64,000 nucleotides of DNA from an uncultured Bacteroidales bacterium (GCA_937892155.1 CALAUG010000045.1:81-64080); one strand, 5' to 3'. Positions 9,938 to 20,437 are shown, counted from the first letter of the stretch. A program made the numbers and translations. The notes: generated from the letters alone by a model not told the origin.

Positions 9938-11415
9938 CAATTCTTTCTTGCCATTCTCAATTCGTTACCAACAGTTAGAATAGCGAATGCCATTACAAAC
10001 ACTGTTTTCACCACATACGACAATATTTGATTGTTGATAACAATGAATTTGTCGGCTACGAAAATAATTCCTGCTAAAACAAAATAAAATGCTAGAGCTC
10101 CTAATTTATAAGGAATTCCATAGTGCTTTTGACAAAGTCTGTACGACAAAACTGCCATCAAAACGTAGCAAGCAAGTGTTGCCCACGCACAAGCAACATA
10201 TCCGTAAATTGGTACAAATATCATATTGATTGCCAATGTAATAAGTGCTCCAAAACCAGTAATTCCAATTCCAAATTTTGTTTGATTCGTCACTTTATAC
10301 CAAATCGACAAATTGAACACAATTCCCAAGAAAATATTTGCCATAAGAAGCACAGGAATAATATTTAAACCTTCATGGAAATTGCTTCCGATGAACAGTT
10401 TGAAAATATCTAAGTATAAGATAATTACCAAAAAGACGAACAACGTAAAAATGGTGAAGTAGTTCATAATTTTAGCATACGTTTCGCGAGAATCGGTTTC
10501 CTTCATTCGTGAGAAAAAAAATGGCTCGGCAGCAAAACGGAACGCCTGATTGAACAACGAAATAATCATTGCAAGTTTGTAATTTGCACCGTACACACCA
10601 ACCTGCGACAAAATGTATTGCGAAGCATCGGCGCCATCGGGAACAGTCAAAAAATAACGAAGAGAAACTCGGTCATACACTTCGTTGATACTACCAGCAA
10701 GTCCGGAAATAAGTAGCGGCCACGAATAACTCAAAATTCGTTTAAGCAAAGCATAATCAAAACCATTCCGCGATTTGAAAATGTCAGGAAGCAACAGCAG
10801 CAATGTTACAACGCTTGCAACTAAGTTCGAAACAAAAATCCACAACACATTTGGCGTTGCAAAATGTTCCACAAACCATTCGTTTGAACTTGTTTTTGCT
10901 ATATGCGGAAATACCAGAATGAGCAATAAGTTCAAACCAATATTGATGGCAATATTCGTGAGTTTGATTATGGCGAATTTCAGCGCTTTATTCTCGTGAC
11001 GAAGTTTGGCGAATGGCACACTGGTAAAAGCATCTATACCTATGATGACTGCCATTATCATTATAAAATTTTGTTGATTGGCGTAACCCAAACCACTTGA
11101 AATCGGATTAAGAAAAATTAGAACTAATCCTATGAAAATGAACGACGAAGTGAATAAGCTCGTCATAATAGTTGAGAATACTTTCGGTTGATCTTCTTTA
11201 TTTTGCACGAATCGGAAAAAACCAGTTTCCAAACCGTACGTAAGGAAAATCATCAGGAAAACAGTGTAGCTATACAATTCCGTTACAACTCCATATTCCG
11301 ACTGCGAAAAGCATCGAGTGTAAAGCGGAACAAGCATAAAATTGAGGAAACGCCCAATGATTGTGCTCATTCCGTAGATTGCCGTTTGGCCTATAAGTTT
11401 TTTAATTACTCCCAT
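9934..11415 (-). CDS. polysaccharide/oligosaccharide flippase (MOP/Wzx-like superfamily)
   Basis: 493 aa, ~14 predicted TM helices, N-terminus IYGMSTIIGRFLNFMLVPLYTR typical of this family. Confidence 0.75.
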   Translation of the reverse strand: MGVIKKLIGQTAIYGMSTIIGRFLNFMLVPLYTRCFSQSEYGVVTELYSYTVFLMIFLTYGLETGFFRFVQNKEDQPKVFSTIMTSLFTSSFIFIGLVLIFLNPISSGLGYANQQNFIMIMAVIIGIDAFTSVPFAKLRHENKALKFAIIKLTNIAINIGLNLLLILVFPHIAKTSSNEWFVEHFATPNVLWIFVSNLVASVVTLLLLLPDIFKSRNGFDYALLKRILSYSWPLLISGLAGSINEVYDRVSLRYFLTVPDGADASQYILSQVGVYGANYKLAMIISLFNQAFRFAAEPFFFSRMKETDSRETYAKIMNYFTIFTLFVFLVIILYLDIFKLFIGSNFHEGLNIIPVLLMANIFLGIVFNLSIWYKVTNQTKFGIGITGFGALITLAINMIFVPIYGYVACAWATLACYVLMAVLSYRLCQKHYGIPYKLGALAFYFVLAGIIFVADKFIVINNQILSYVVKTVFVMAFAILTVGNELRMARKNC

Positions 11416-12547
11416 TTTGTATCATAAAAAGGTCGCTCATAATTGAATCGGACAACATAATGCCCTGTCGAGTGAGCGAAATATTAGTTTGATGTTCCTG
11501 CAAAAGTCCGCGTTTGATGTACGAATCTTTTTGCGTCACAAAATTACGATAATATTCTTCGGGGAAATTATTTTTGATTAACCTTATATCAACACCTTTT
11601 TTAGTCCGTAAGCTAGTCATTATCAATTCATTGTATTTGTCTGTTAATGAAAGGGTTTCCATTTCAAACGGAATACTGTTGTTTTTGATTGCTTCAATAT
11701 ATTTAGCATTATGCGCAATGTTCCAATAGCGATGTGCACCGTCAAACGAGTGTGCAGACGGACCGACACCTAAATATGGTTCTCCGCTCCAATACGAAGA
11801 ATTGTGGCGGGAATACATCCCGTCTTTTGCAAAATTTGATATTTCATATTGCTCAAAACCAGTTCGTTGCGACCAATCAATTAAATAATTGAATTGCTCC
11901 AAAACGGAGTCTTCGGTTGGAAGAATGAATTTTCCTGTTTTAACAAACTTATTGAGAGCCGTATGTTCCTCAACCATAAGTGAATATGCCGATAAATGTT
12001 GTATGTTGAGGTTTTCGACTTCTTGAAGATTTTGCTTCCAACGCTCCAAAGTCATATTCGGCAAGCCATAAATCAAATCTATGGTAATGTTTTCAAAACC
12101 AACATTTTGCGCAATTTTCACCGCATTTTTAGCCGATTCGGCAGAATGCCGTCGGTTAAGCAATTGCAAATCATCGTCAAAAAAAGATTGGATGCCAATG
12201 CTTAATCGATTTATTCTTAACGATTTAAGCATTTTGCAATATTCTTCTGAAATATCGTCGGGATTACATTCAAAGGAAATTTCCGCACCAGAAGAAATGG
12301 AAAAATTCTCGTGAATTGTATCAAAAATACGAGTCAGCTCATCTTTATTCAACACCGAGGGAGTTCCGCCACCAAAATAAATCGTACTGAGCGGTTCTGT
12401 AATGAAATCTTTTCGTAGTTGCAATTCTTTGCAAATAGCAGAAACATACTCATCCCTCGTTTTTAGATTGAGACTAAAATGAAAATCGCAATAATAACAA
12501 AGCTTTTTACAATACGGGACGTGAATATATAAATGAGTAATGCTCAA
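11402..12547 (-). CDS. hemW: radical SAM heme chaperone HemW (HemN-like, oxygen-independent coproporphyrinogen oxidase family)
   Basis: LYIHVPYCKKLCYYCDF (CxxxCxxC), GGGTPS, HemN C-terminal region. 381 aa. Confidence 0.88.
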   Translation of the reverse strand: MSITHLYIHVPYCKKLCYYCDFHFSLNLKTRDEYVSAICKELQLRKDFITEPLSTIYFGGGTPSVLNKDELTRIFDTIHENFSISSGAEISFECNPDDISEEYCKMLKSLRINRLSIGIQSFFDDDLQLLNRRHSAESAKNAVKIAQNVGFENITIDLIYGLPNMTLERWKQNLQEVENLNIQHLSAYSLMVEEHTALNKFVKTGKFILPTEDSVLEQFNYLIDWSQRTGFEQYEISNFAKDGMYSRHNSSYWSGEPYLGVGPSAHSFDGAHRYWNIAHNAKYIEAIKNNSIPFEMETLSLTDKYNELIMTSLRTKKGVDIRLIKNNFPEEYYRNFVTQKDSYIKRGLLQEHQTNISLTRQGIMLSDSIMSDLFMIQNGSN

Positions 12548-12582
12548 TTCGTAATGTTAAGCACGTTATAGAAAGAGCTGTA

Positions 12583-13641
12583 TTATTTTACAACACCTTC
12601 CTTAATCAAATATTCACCAATTTGAACAGCATTCAAAGCAGCACCTTTCTTAATTTGGTCGCCCGAAAGCCAGAATGTAAGACCGTTGTCGTTTGCCAAA
12701 TCTTTGCGGACACGACCAACATACACGTTATCTTTTCCGCCTGTATATAACGGCATTGGATAAGGCAAATCTTTCAAAGTTTCCTTGTCTGGATTTTGAT
12801 TAGCTTTTGTTCCAACTGCTTGAGGATTATCAACAAGTGTTACGCCTGCGCCGTTTGCAAGTGCTTTTTGTGCGTCGGCAACGCTGATAGGTTTTTCTGT
12901 TTCAATCCACACAGCTTCGGAATGCGAACGAAGTGACGAAATTCTTACACACATTGCAGAGCAGCGAGCATCGGTGTGCATAATCTTGCGAGTTTCGTTG
13001 AACATCTTCATTTCCTCTTTTGTGTATCCGTTGTCGGTGAAAACATCGATTTGTGGAATCACGTTGTATGCCAATTGATACGCAAATTTGTTGACCGTTG
13101 GTTGTTGGTCGTTTGCCAATTCCTTGTATTGTTGTTTCAATTCAGCCATTGCAGCGGCTCCGGCTCCCGAAGCACTTTGATATGAAGCAACGTGAATTGT
13201 CTTGATATGCGATAGTTTTTCAAGCGGTTGCAAACAAACAACCATCATAATTGTCGTACAGTTTGGGTTTGCAATAATTCCTTTTGGGCGAACCAATGCA
13301 TCTTTCGCGTTGCATTCAGGAACAACAAGTGGAACTTGATCGTCCATACGGAATGCGCTTGAGTTGTCAATCATAATAGCGCCATGTTTTGTGATATCTT
13401 CGGCAAATTCCTTGGAGACACCGGCTCCGGCCGAAGTAAAAGCAATGTCAACGCCTTTAAAATCATCGCCATGTTTCAATAATTGAACGGTGTATTCCTT
13501 ACCTTTAAAAGTGTATTTTTTCCCTGCACTACGTTCAGAACCAAACAAAACTAATTCGTCCATTGGGAAATTTCTTTCATCTAAAATTTTTAGAAATTCT
13601 TGTCCAACGGCCCCACTTGCGCCAACAATTGCTACTTTCAT
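12583..13641 (-). CDS. asd: aspartate-semialdehyde dehydrogenase
   Basis: [16 protein letters not shown] Rossmann N-terminus, active-site [13 protein letters not shown] motif. Confidence 0.93.
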   Translation of the reverse strand: MKVAIVGASGAVGQEFLKILDERNFPMDELVLFGSERSAGKKYTFKGKEYTVQLLKHGDDFKGVDIAFTSAGAGVSKEFAEDITKHGAIMIDNSSAFRMDDQVPLVVPECNAKDALVRPKGIIANPNCTTIMMVVCLQPLEKLSHIKTIHVASYQSASGAGAAAMAELKQQYKELANDQQPTVNKFAYQLAYNVIPQIDVFTDNGYTKEEMKMFNETRKIMHTDARCSAMCVRISSLRSHSEAVWIETEKPISVADAQKALANGAGVTLVDNPQAVGTKANQNPDKETLKDLPYPMPLYTGGKDNVYVGRVRKDLANDNGLTFWLSGDQIKKGAALNAVQIGEYLIKEGVVK

Positions 13642-13698
13642 AAGAATTTTACTATATTTGTACGTTAAATTTTTAACACCGCAAATATATAACTAATT

Positions 13699-16041
13699 AT
13701 GAAAAAGATTTTTTCGCTCACGGCATTTTTATGCTGTTGCATTGCTTTACAAGCACAAGTTTTGGAACAATTTGAACAGACCGACATTGGTGCATCGTAC
13801 TCGTCAGGTAGTTTTTTAGGAGACTGGAATATTACGTGGAATTATCACGATTCCCGTGGAAATCAACAAATTACAAGGAATCAAAACAAAGCTATTAGTT
13901 TCAACAAGTCAGCAAATGCCTGTTTATATACTGACACAATTCCGTATGGTATCAAATCAATTTCGTTTTTATACGAACAAACTCTCTCAACTAATTGTTC
14001 AGCAGACATTTACATAAATGATTTAAAAATTGGAACCATTGAAACACTCAATGAAAAAGGTATCACGAAACAATATGCCGTAACTATTGATTTTGATGAA
14101 AAATGCGTACTGAAAATACAACAGACATCTGACAAATCGGGACAACTGACATTAGACGATATTTCCATACAATTTGCACACACGCCCTTTGTCTGTAACG
14201 CAATCAACACGGTTGGCACTACCATTATTGCTGCTTTTTCGCACCCTATTGCCACCGCAACAATTAGTTCCTTCCCTGAAAATATTTTTTTGACAAAAAA
14301 AATTGAAGGAAACACACTTCTACTCGAACTATACGAAAATATCTGCGGAACTTTTACAGTAGATTTTTCAGAACTAAGCGATACCTCTGGAGAAGTAATG
14401 GTTGATACAACTTTTACCTTGTCGTTTTACGGAAAACCGACCGTAAACTCCATAGTTATTTCAGAAATCATGGCTGACCCTTCGCCTATTGTCGGATTGC
14501 CGGAATTTGAATATGTTGAAATGTATAATAACTCGGATTGTGCTGTTCAATGCTCTAATTTACAATTTGTTGTCGGAACCAATGCTGTCAAGCTTCCGCA
14601 AAAAATTTTTGATTCGCAGACGTATTTGACAATTATTTCTTCTAAGGCGAAATCATACATTCAAGACACTTCCAATTATTTGTTTTTAGACAATTTCCCT
14701 GCTATTACTAATGCCGGGCAAACGATTGCGTTGCTCTACAACGACGAAATAATTTCGTCAGTAACGTTTTATGATTCTTGGTATAGTGACAATTTCAAGG
14801 CTGATGGCGGCTGGAGTTTAGAAAAAATTGACATTCAAAATGTTTCGGAAACGAAAGGTAATTGGTCGGTGGCAAACAATAGATTAGGCGGTTCTCCAAG
14901 TAAAGAAAATAGTGTTTCAAAAGAAAACAATGATATAATATCTCCCGAAATTTTGTCTATTCAAATCGTTTCGGATTCCACCGTCTTTATTGAATTTTCG
15001 GAAAATATCGATAAAAGTGTTTTCGAAGAAGTTCATATCCAGGACAATGAAATTGTAAAGGTTGGACCAATAGATTTTTCATTGTCAAAATATCAAATCA
15101 CAACGAAAAATCATTTTCAACACAACCAGAGTTACAATATAGAATTTTTACAAAGTTGCACCGATTTTGCTGAAAATCAGTTTGTTGTAACTAATCACAA
15201 TTTTGCCATAACCGACTCCATCATACAACGAAATTCTATTGTAGTAAACGAAATTTTGTTCAATCCACTTTCGGGAAATAGCGATTTCGTGGAATTGTAC
15301 AACAATTCTAATTCGTATTTCGATTTATCTCAATTGTATGTGTCAAATGGCACAGATTTTACACGTGTATCCGAAACATTTTTGCTTTTCCCGCCACATA
15401 CCTATGCGCTTATTTCGGCTGACGCGGAGGTTTACAAAACATCATCTGCGTATAAAAACAGTCTTTTCATTTCTACAAAATTGCCGACATTTCCCGACGA
15501 CGAAGGACTTGTGATGCTTATTAACAAATGGGAAGAAGTGATTGATTCTGTAGCATATAGCGAAAAATGGCATTCGTCGTATATTTCCAACGTTGACGGC
15601 GTTTCGCTTGAACGAATTGATTTTTCGTTGCCTTCGGAATTTGCTTCTACGTGGTTTTCTGCGGCAGAATCCGTTGGATTTTCCACGCCAGTTTATGAAA
15701 ATTCACAATATAAAAAGAAAAACTTCCATTCCGGAATTTCGTTGGAATCGGAAGTAGTGACACCAAATGGCGACGGTGATTGCGATGAATTGGTGGTACT
15801 TTTGGGTGAAACAAATTTAGGAACGATGTGCAACATTCGAATTTTTTCGACCTCGGGAAGATTGTTACGACAAGTTGCCAATAATCAACTATTAGGCGAG
15901 AATGATATTATTCGTTGGGATTGCACCAATTCTAACGGCAACTTGTTACTATCGGGAATTTATTTGATGCATATAGAATTACTGAAAAACGGCAAGAAAA
16001 TTCATTCCGAAAAAATTGGATTCACAATTTTGAGAGAGTGA
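13699..16041 (+). CDS. secreted lamin-tail-domain (LTD) protein with C-terminal PNGDG-type beta-sandwich
   Basis: Signal peptide MKKIFSLTAFLCCCIALQA. Two LTD-like segments (IVISEIMADPSP..EFEYVEMYNNSD; IVVNEILFNPLSGNSDFVELYNNSN). C-terminus VVTPNGDGDCDELVV...GIYLMHIEL. Confidence 0.7.
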   Translation: MKKIFSLTAFLCCCIALQAQVLEQFEQTDIGASYSSGSFLGDWNITWNYHDSRGNQQITRNQNKAISFNKSANACLYTDTIPYGIKSISFLYEQTLSTNCSADIYINDLKIGTIETLNEKGITKQYAVTIDFDEKCVLKIQQTSDKSGQLTLDDISIQFAHTPFVCNAINTVGTTIIAAFSHPIATATISSFPENIFLTKKIEGNTLLLELYENICGTFTVDFSELSDTSGEVMVDTTFTLSFYGKPTVNSIVISEIMADPSPIVGLPEFEYVEMYNNSDCAVQCSNLQFVVGTNAVKLPQKIFDSQTYLTIISSKAKSYIQDTSNYLFLDNFPAITNAGQTIALLYNDEIISSVTFYDSWYSDNFKADGGWSLEKIDIQNVSETKGNWSVANNRLGGSPSKENSVSKENNDIISPEILSIQIVSDSTVFIEFSENIDKSVFEEVHIQDNEIVKVGPIDFSLSKYQITTKNHFQHNQSYNIEFLQSCTDFAENQFVVTNHNFAITDSIIQRNSIVVNEILFNPLSGNSDFVELYNNSNSYFDLSQLYVSNGTDFTRVSETFLLFPPHTYALISADAEVYKTSSAYKNSLFISTKLPTFPDDEGLVMLINKWEEVIDSVAYSEKWHSSYISNVDGVSLERIDFSLPSEFASTWFSAAESVGFSTPVYENSQYKKKNFHSGISLESEVVTPNGDGDCDELVVLLGETNLGTMCNIRIFSTSGRLLRQVANNQLLGENDIIRWDCTNSNGNLLLSGIYLMHIELLKNGKKIHSEKIGFTILRE

Positions 16042-16061
16042 AATCTCAATATCTTTGCTGT

Positions 16062-17222
16062 ATGAATTTGTATATTTTTAATCCAGACCACGATTTGGCT
16101 CTCGCCACGGATTCCGACCATTTCGATGCGCCGAATTCTGCTAAAATCTTTGCCGAAGATTTTGCTTGTTTGCCATGTTGGTTCGCCCAAAAGAATAGTT
16201 CCGTTTTTGCAAAAAACGTACGGTTGGATTGGTGGCAAAATATGCAAAGTTTATTTCCACAACTTCAGTCAATTTCACTTTGCAATTCTATCCCAAAGAA
16301 TATAGATTTTGCTTCCCCATGGGGTTGGAACAAAACAATCAGAAAGTTTCTTGAAAAACAAGGTGTTTCCGCCGTTCCTTCGGTTGAGCAATTAAATTGT
16401 TTGCGGGAATTGCAACATAGAAAATGGGCGATTGAAGCAACAAAATATATTGCGAAGTTTGACGGGAAAAATCTTCGTTTAGCACCGCCAGCAATGTTAT
16501 TACAAGAAAATGAAATTGAGAATTTTGTTGCTGAACATCCGTATTCCATTTTCAAGGCACCGTGGTCGGGAAGTGGGAAAGGAATTGTGCGAAGTCTCGG
16601 TTGCTTGTCTGAAAATTTGCTGAATCGTGTAAAAAATATGGCAAACAAGCAAGGATGTGTCGTTGCAGAACCATTGTACACTGTTATTCAAGACTTTGCA
16701 ATGGAATTTTACTGCACAAATTCTGTCACGAAATTTGCAGGTTATTCGTGGTTTTTCACCAACGAGCACGGGGCATATCAAGGAAATTTGCTCGCATCGG
16801 ATGATTACATTGCGGAAAAACTCTCGCAATGGATTTCAAAAGAACAGCTTGCAACAATCAAACAACGTTTAATAGAATTTCTTGATAAAACAATAGCACC
16901 AAATTATAGTGGATATTTGGGAGTAGATATGTTTATATATCAACAAAATGGCGAAATTTTTATACATCCCTGTGTTGAAATAAATTTGAGAATGACTATG
17001 GGTTTGGTTGCCCGATTATTTTACGACAAGTATGTAGGACAAGGGAAAATTGGTCGCTATTTCGTTGATTATTTTACAAATTCTTCAGAATTGGTTGCGG
17101 AGCACACAAAACAATCAGAAAACAAATTGATTGTTGCTGATGGGAAAATACAAAAAGGATATATGTCGTTGAATCCTATTGACGAAGCTTCGCACTATCG
17201 GGCTCGAGTGGAAATTATATAG
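16062..17222 (+). CDS. hypothetical protein, possible ATP-grasp fold (tentative)
   Basis: IFKAPWSGSGKGIV resembles the ATP-grasp glycine-rich loop, and LGVDMFIYQQNGEIFIHPCVEINLRMTMG resembles the Mg/ATP E-x-N segment. ATG at 16062; a GTG at 16038 would overlap the LTD gene stop. Confidence 0.45.
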   Translation: MNLYIFNPDHDLALATDSDHFDAPNSAKIFAEDFACLPCWFAQKNSSVFAKNVRLDWWQNMQSLFPQLQSISLCNSIPKNIDFASPWGWNKTIRKFLEKQGVSAVPSVEQLNCLRELQHRKWAIEATKYIAKFDGKNLRLAPPAMLLQENEIENFVAEHPYSIFKAPWSGSGKGIVRSLGCLSENLLNRVKNMANKQGCVVAEPLYTVIQDFAMEFYCTNSVTKFAGYSWFFTNEHGAYQGNLLASDDYIAEKLSQWISKEQLATIKQRLIEFLDKTIAPNYSGYLGVDMFIYQQNGEIFIHPCVEINLRMTMGLVARLFYDKYVGQGKIGRYFVDYFTNSSELVAEHTKQSENKLIVADGKIQKGYMSLNPIDEASHYRARVEII

Positions 17223-17604
17223 AAGTAAATTCTTCTTCGGCGTCATCAAAAATGATTTCTTTCACCTCAATTTTGACGCCTTCGCCATCATCAATTTCGC
17301 AGTCAACTTCGCCACGAATCTCTATTTCAATTTGATTACTTGACGGTACCATCGGCAACAAACTTGACTTAACTTCTATGATAATCTGCCCTGTTCCATC
17401 TTCGAACCAAAACCGTTTTCGTGAAATTTGCGAGGCAACCGTTCCTGTCAATGTTACGTATGTGTCGGTTTTGTCGAGCGCAACTGCGTTTTCTATAATT
17501 TCCTGAATTGTTGACTGTTGGACCTTTTGTGGATGGCAAAAAGAAAATATCAGCACGATACCTATGACTATTACAGCAAGTATGGCAAAGAAAATTTTCT
17601 TCAT
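17215..17604 (-). CDS. membrane-anchored OB-fold protein, YgiW/BOF-like (tentative)
   Basis: N-terminal TM helix. YVTLTGTVASQISRKRFWFEDGTGQIIIEV matches the YgiW-type pattern (V.L.G.....F.F.D.TG.I.VE). Confidence 0.5.
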   Translation of the reverse strand: MKKIFFAILAVIVIGIVLIFSFCHPQKVQQSTIQEIIENAVALDKTDTYVTLTGTVASQISRKRFWFEDGTGQIIIEVKSSLLPMVPSSNQIEIEIRGEVDCEIDDGEGVKIEVKEIIFDDAEEEFTSI

Positions 17605-17688
17605 TTTTTCAAAAAATCTAAGATTCTCTACTCTACAAAAGTAAAAAAATATGAAAACAATAAACCTTTCTACAGTAAAAAAATGCTA

Positions 17689-18138
17689 TCATTTTTGTTT
17701 TGGAAGAAATTGAGAAACATCAGCCCCGTATGAAATCAGTTCACGCACTATCGACGACGAAATATGTTCAAACTCCGGAGGGGTCACAAAAAACACTGTT
17801 TCTATTCCAGACAATTGTTTATTGGTCTGTGCAATTGATTTTTCGTACTCAAAATCTGTTGTATTACGCAAGCCTCTCACAAGAAATTGAGCATTATTTT
17901 TTTTGCAAAAATCCACTGTCAGCATGCTATAGGTCTCAACAGAAATTTTAGGATTGCCAGCAAACAAATCCGAAATCACTTGAACTCTTTTTTCAAGTTT
18001 CTCGTTATTTTTTTTCTCAGCATTTACGCCTATTGCAATAATAATTTTATCAAAAATCGGCAAAGCCGAATCAACAACAGCTTTATGTCCTATTGTAAAA
18101 GGATCAAAACTACCTGGGAAAACTGCTATTTTTTCCAT
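17689..18138 (-). CDS. coaD: pantetheine-phosphate adenylyltransferase
   Basis: MEKIAVFPGSFDPFTIGH (T/HxGH nucleotidyltransferase motif), ISSSIVRE near the C-terminus. ATG at 18138 preferred over 18171. Confidence 0.92.
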   Translation of the reverse strand: MEKIAVFPGSFDPFTIGHKAVVDSALPIFDKIIIAIGVNAEKKNNEKLEKRVQVISDLFAGNPKISVETYSMLTVDFCKKNNAQFLVRGLRNTTDFEYEKSIAQTNKQLSGIETVFFVTPPEFEHISSSIVRELISYGADVSQFLPKQK

Positions 18139-18228
18139 AATACAGAGATTATATAATGCAAAAGTACACAAAAAGAGAGTGTGATACGGAATTATTCGTT
18201 TATTTTGTACGAAAATAAAATTAAGACT

Positions 18229-18837
18229 ATGTGGGTTGTTTGTTCTGATTTAGAAGGCGTATTTGTGCCGGAAGTATGGATTAACGTGGCAAAAATCACT
18301 GGTATTGAAAAACTAAAAATTACCACCCGTGACGAACCAGATTACGATAAACTGATGAAATATCGCCTGAACATTCTTGACGAACACAATTTGAAACTTC
18401 AAGACATTCAAAACGTTATATCAAATATTCATCCTTTGGAAGGAGCTTTGGAATTTACGAAATGGCTACGCGAAATTAGCCGTTTCGTTATTGTTTCCGA
18501 CACCTTTCAGGAATTTGCAAAACCCTTAATGAAACAATTGGATGACCCATTCATTCTTTGTCATTCATTGGAAACAGACAAGGACGGCCGAATTGTCAAT
18601 TACAAATTACGTCAAAGCGACCCCAAACGCAAAACTGTAGAAGCATTCCAAAGCATGAATTTTAAAGTGATTGCCTTCGGCGATTCGTACAACGACGTTT
18701 CAATGCTGAAAAAGGCAGAAGTTGGTATTTTGTTCTGCCCTCCACAAAAAGTAATAGACGAATTCCCTGAATTACCTGTAGCACACAACTACGCTGAATT
18801 AAAAGCATTAATAGAACAACACATTTACGAAGACTAA
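18229..18837 (+). CDS. thrH: phosphoserine phosphatase / homoserine phosphotransferase ThrH (HAD superfamily)
   Basis: MWVVCSDLEGVFVPEVWINVAKITGIEKLKITTRDEPDYDKLMKYRLNILDEHNLKLQDIQ...SDTFQEFAKPLMKQL...YKLRQSDPKR...AFGDSYNDVSML...GILFCPP aligns closely along its length with Pseudomonas ThrH as I remember it. Confidence 0.82.
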   Translation: MWVVCSDLEGVFVPEVWINVAKITGIEKLKITTRDEPDYDKLMKYRLNILDEHNLKLQDIQNVISNIHPLEGALEFTKWLREISRFVIVSDTFQEFAKPLMKQLDDPFILCHSLETDKDGRIVNYKLRQSDPKRKTVEAFQSMNFKVIAFGDSYNDVSMLKKAEVGILFCPPQKVIDEFPELPVAHNYAELKALIEQHIYED

Positions 18838-19271
18838 TGGAAGAACTATTTCCAAAGAAGATTACTGATTTTATAAAAAAACATCACGTAATAACCATTG
18901 CAACCGTAAAAGATAACCAACCGTGGTGCTTCAATGCTTTTTACGCATTTGATGAAGACACACAGTCATTCATCATTACATCGCACAACGATACACGACA
19001 CATTCAAGAAGTGTTGGCAAATCCTAAAATTGCGGGCAGCGTTGTATTAGAAACCGAAATTGTAGGAAAAGTTCAAGGCTTGCAATTCTCAGGCGAGATG
19101 GTTTTATGCGAAAACGATGATGAAAAGCAAGCCAAAAAGGTTTACATCAAAAGATTCCCGCTTACGACTATTACACCAAAAATTCTTTGGAGAATATCCA
19201 TATACGAAGCAAAATATACCGACAACACGTTAGGTTTCGGCAAAAAACTGCTTTGGAATAAAAAATCTTAA
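18837..19271 (+). CDS. pyridoxamine 5-prime-phosphate oxidase-fold protein (YhbP-like)
   Basis: 144 aa. HVITIATVKDNQPWCFNAFYAFD...GLQFSGEM pattern of the split-barrel FMN-binding family. ATG overlaps the thrH stop (TAATG). Confidence 0.6.
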   Translation: MEELFPKKITDFIKKHHVITIATVKDNQPWCFNAFYAFDEDTQSFIITSHNDTRHIQEVLANPKIAGSVVLETEIVGKVQGLQFSGEMVLCENDDEKQAKKVYIKRFPLTTITPKILWRISIYEAKYTDNTLGFGKKLLWNKKS

Positions 19272-19301
19272 CGACAAAGAATTAAAAATTCAAATATTTT
19301 T

Positions 19302-19309
19302 TACTTTTG
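19302..19309 (+). promoter_or_regulatory. Bacteroidota -7 promoter box TACTTTTG for tRNA-Thr
   Basis: Exact TAnnTTTG match 11 nt upstream of the mature tRNA 5-prime end. The same octamer at the same spacing precedes tRNA-Phe. Confidence 0.55.
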
Positions 19310-19320
19310 CAAGCGAGTAG

Positions 19321-19392
19321 GCCTTTTTAGCTCAGTGGTAGAGCACTTCACTCGTAATGAAGGGGTCAACGGTTCAAATCCGTTAAAAGGCT
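19321..19392 (+). tRNA. tRNA-Thr (anticodon CGT)
   Basis: Hand-folded cloverleaf: acceptor GCCTTTT/AAAAGGC, D arm GCTC-AGTGGTA-GAGC, anticodon arm CTTCA-CTCGTAA-TGAAG, T arm AACGG-TTCAAAT-CCGTT, discriminator T. CCA is not encoded. Confidence 0.93.
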
Positions 19393-19394
19393 CT

Positions 19395-19426
19395 AAGGAC
19401 TCATCATAAGATGAGTCCTTTTTTTA
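19395..19426 (+). terminator. Rho-independent terminator after tRNA-Thr
   Basis: 11-bp perfect stem AAGGACTCATC / GATGAGTCCTT, 4-nt loop, followed by TTTTT. Confidence 0.75.
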
Positions 19427-19478
19427 TGCCTTAAAATTATCAGATTTTAGAAGCAGGAGTCTAAAAACCAAGTATTCC

Positions 19479-20372
19479 TTATACCAATGCGCGGATAAGT
19501 TGTTCTTTTTCGCCAGCCAACAAATCCATCACTGGAACTTCTGGCAGGGTGTATGCTCCTGGTATTTGTTTGAATGTTGCACGGGCAGCGCAAACCAATA
19601 TCTGCGCAGTTAAAGCTGGATTATTAATACTCATTTCAAATTTCAAACGTTGATTTTGTGTCTTGCCCGAAACACCTTTACGTTCCAAAAGAACGCCATG
19701 TCCCATATCGCGGCAATTATCAACGCTATCAACAGGAATCACATGAAGTTCATCGTGAGCAAAATAATCGTCGGCTTTCAATTCATCATATACTTGTTGA
19801 GCAGTGAAACCATCTTCCAATTCTACATAAACCAAACGGCTGTGAATTCCAGCACCTTGTGGCATCGTCATTGACAACGCATTTTTGACGCCTTTTTTTG
19901 ATCGTGCAACAACAGAGTGACCCATACTCATTCCAGGTCCAAAATTAGTCCACGTTAAACCTTTCGGTGTCATGGCCTGCATCAACGTACGGATAACTGA
20001 ATCACTTCCTGGATCCCAGCCCGCCGAAATAATTGAAACAGAATTGTTTGCTTTTGCAACCTGACCAAGAGATTCGTGTAAGTCCCAAATGCTACCGTGG
20101 ATATCAAAACTATCAACTGTATTGATTCCCATTGCAAGATATTTTTTCGCGTTTTCTTCTACACTACGGCTTGGTGTTGCAAGAATCACAACGTCAACTT
20201 TGCCCAATTCCTTAACATCAGCAACAACCTTATATGGCGTTAACTCCAAAGGCATTTCACCAGAAACAGAACGACGGACAATGCCAGCAATTTCAAAATC
20301 AGGAGCAACTTCCAATGCCTCCAATACGTACTTTCCAATATTTCCGTATCCCACGATAGCTATTCTTTTCAT
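19479..20372 (-). CDS. ddh: meso-diaminopimelate D-dehydrogenase
   Basis: MKRIAIVGYGNIGKYVLEAL...DFEIAGIVRR N-terminus and overall length match the Ddh family. ATG at 20372 preferred over 20393. Confidence 0.85.
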   Translation of the reverse strand: MKRIAIVGYGNIGKYVLEALEVAPDFEIAGIVRRSVSGEMPLELTPYKVVADVKELGKVDVVILATPSRSVEENAKKYLAMGINTVDSFDIHGSIWDLHESLGQVAKANNSVSIISAGWDPGSDSVIRTLMQAMTPKGLTWTNFGPGMSMGHSVVARSKKGVKNALSMTMPQGAGIHSRLVYVELEDGFTAQQVYDELKADDYFAHDELHVIPVDSVDNCRDMGHGVLLERKGVSGKTQNQRLKFEMSINNPALTAQILVCAARATFKQIPGAYTLPEVPVMDLLAGEKEQLIRALV

Positions 20373-20437
20373 ATTCTTATGTTTTAGATTCAAACTTTTG
20401 CGTTACAAAAATAATTGTTTCTAAAAAAATGATTCGT

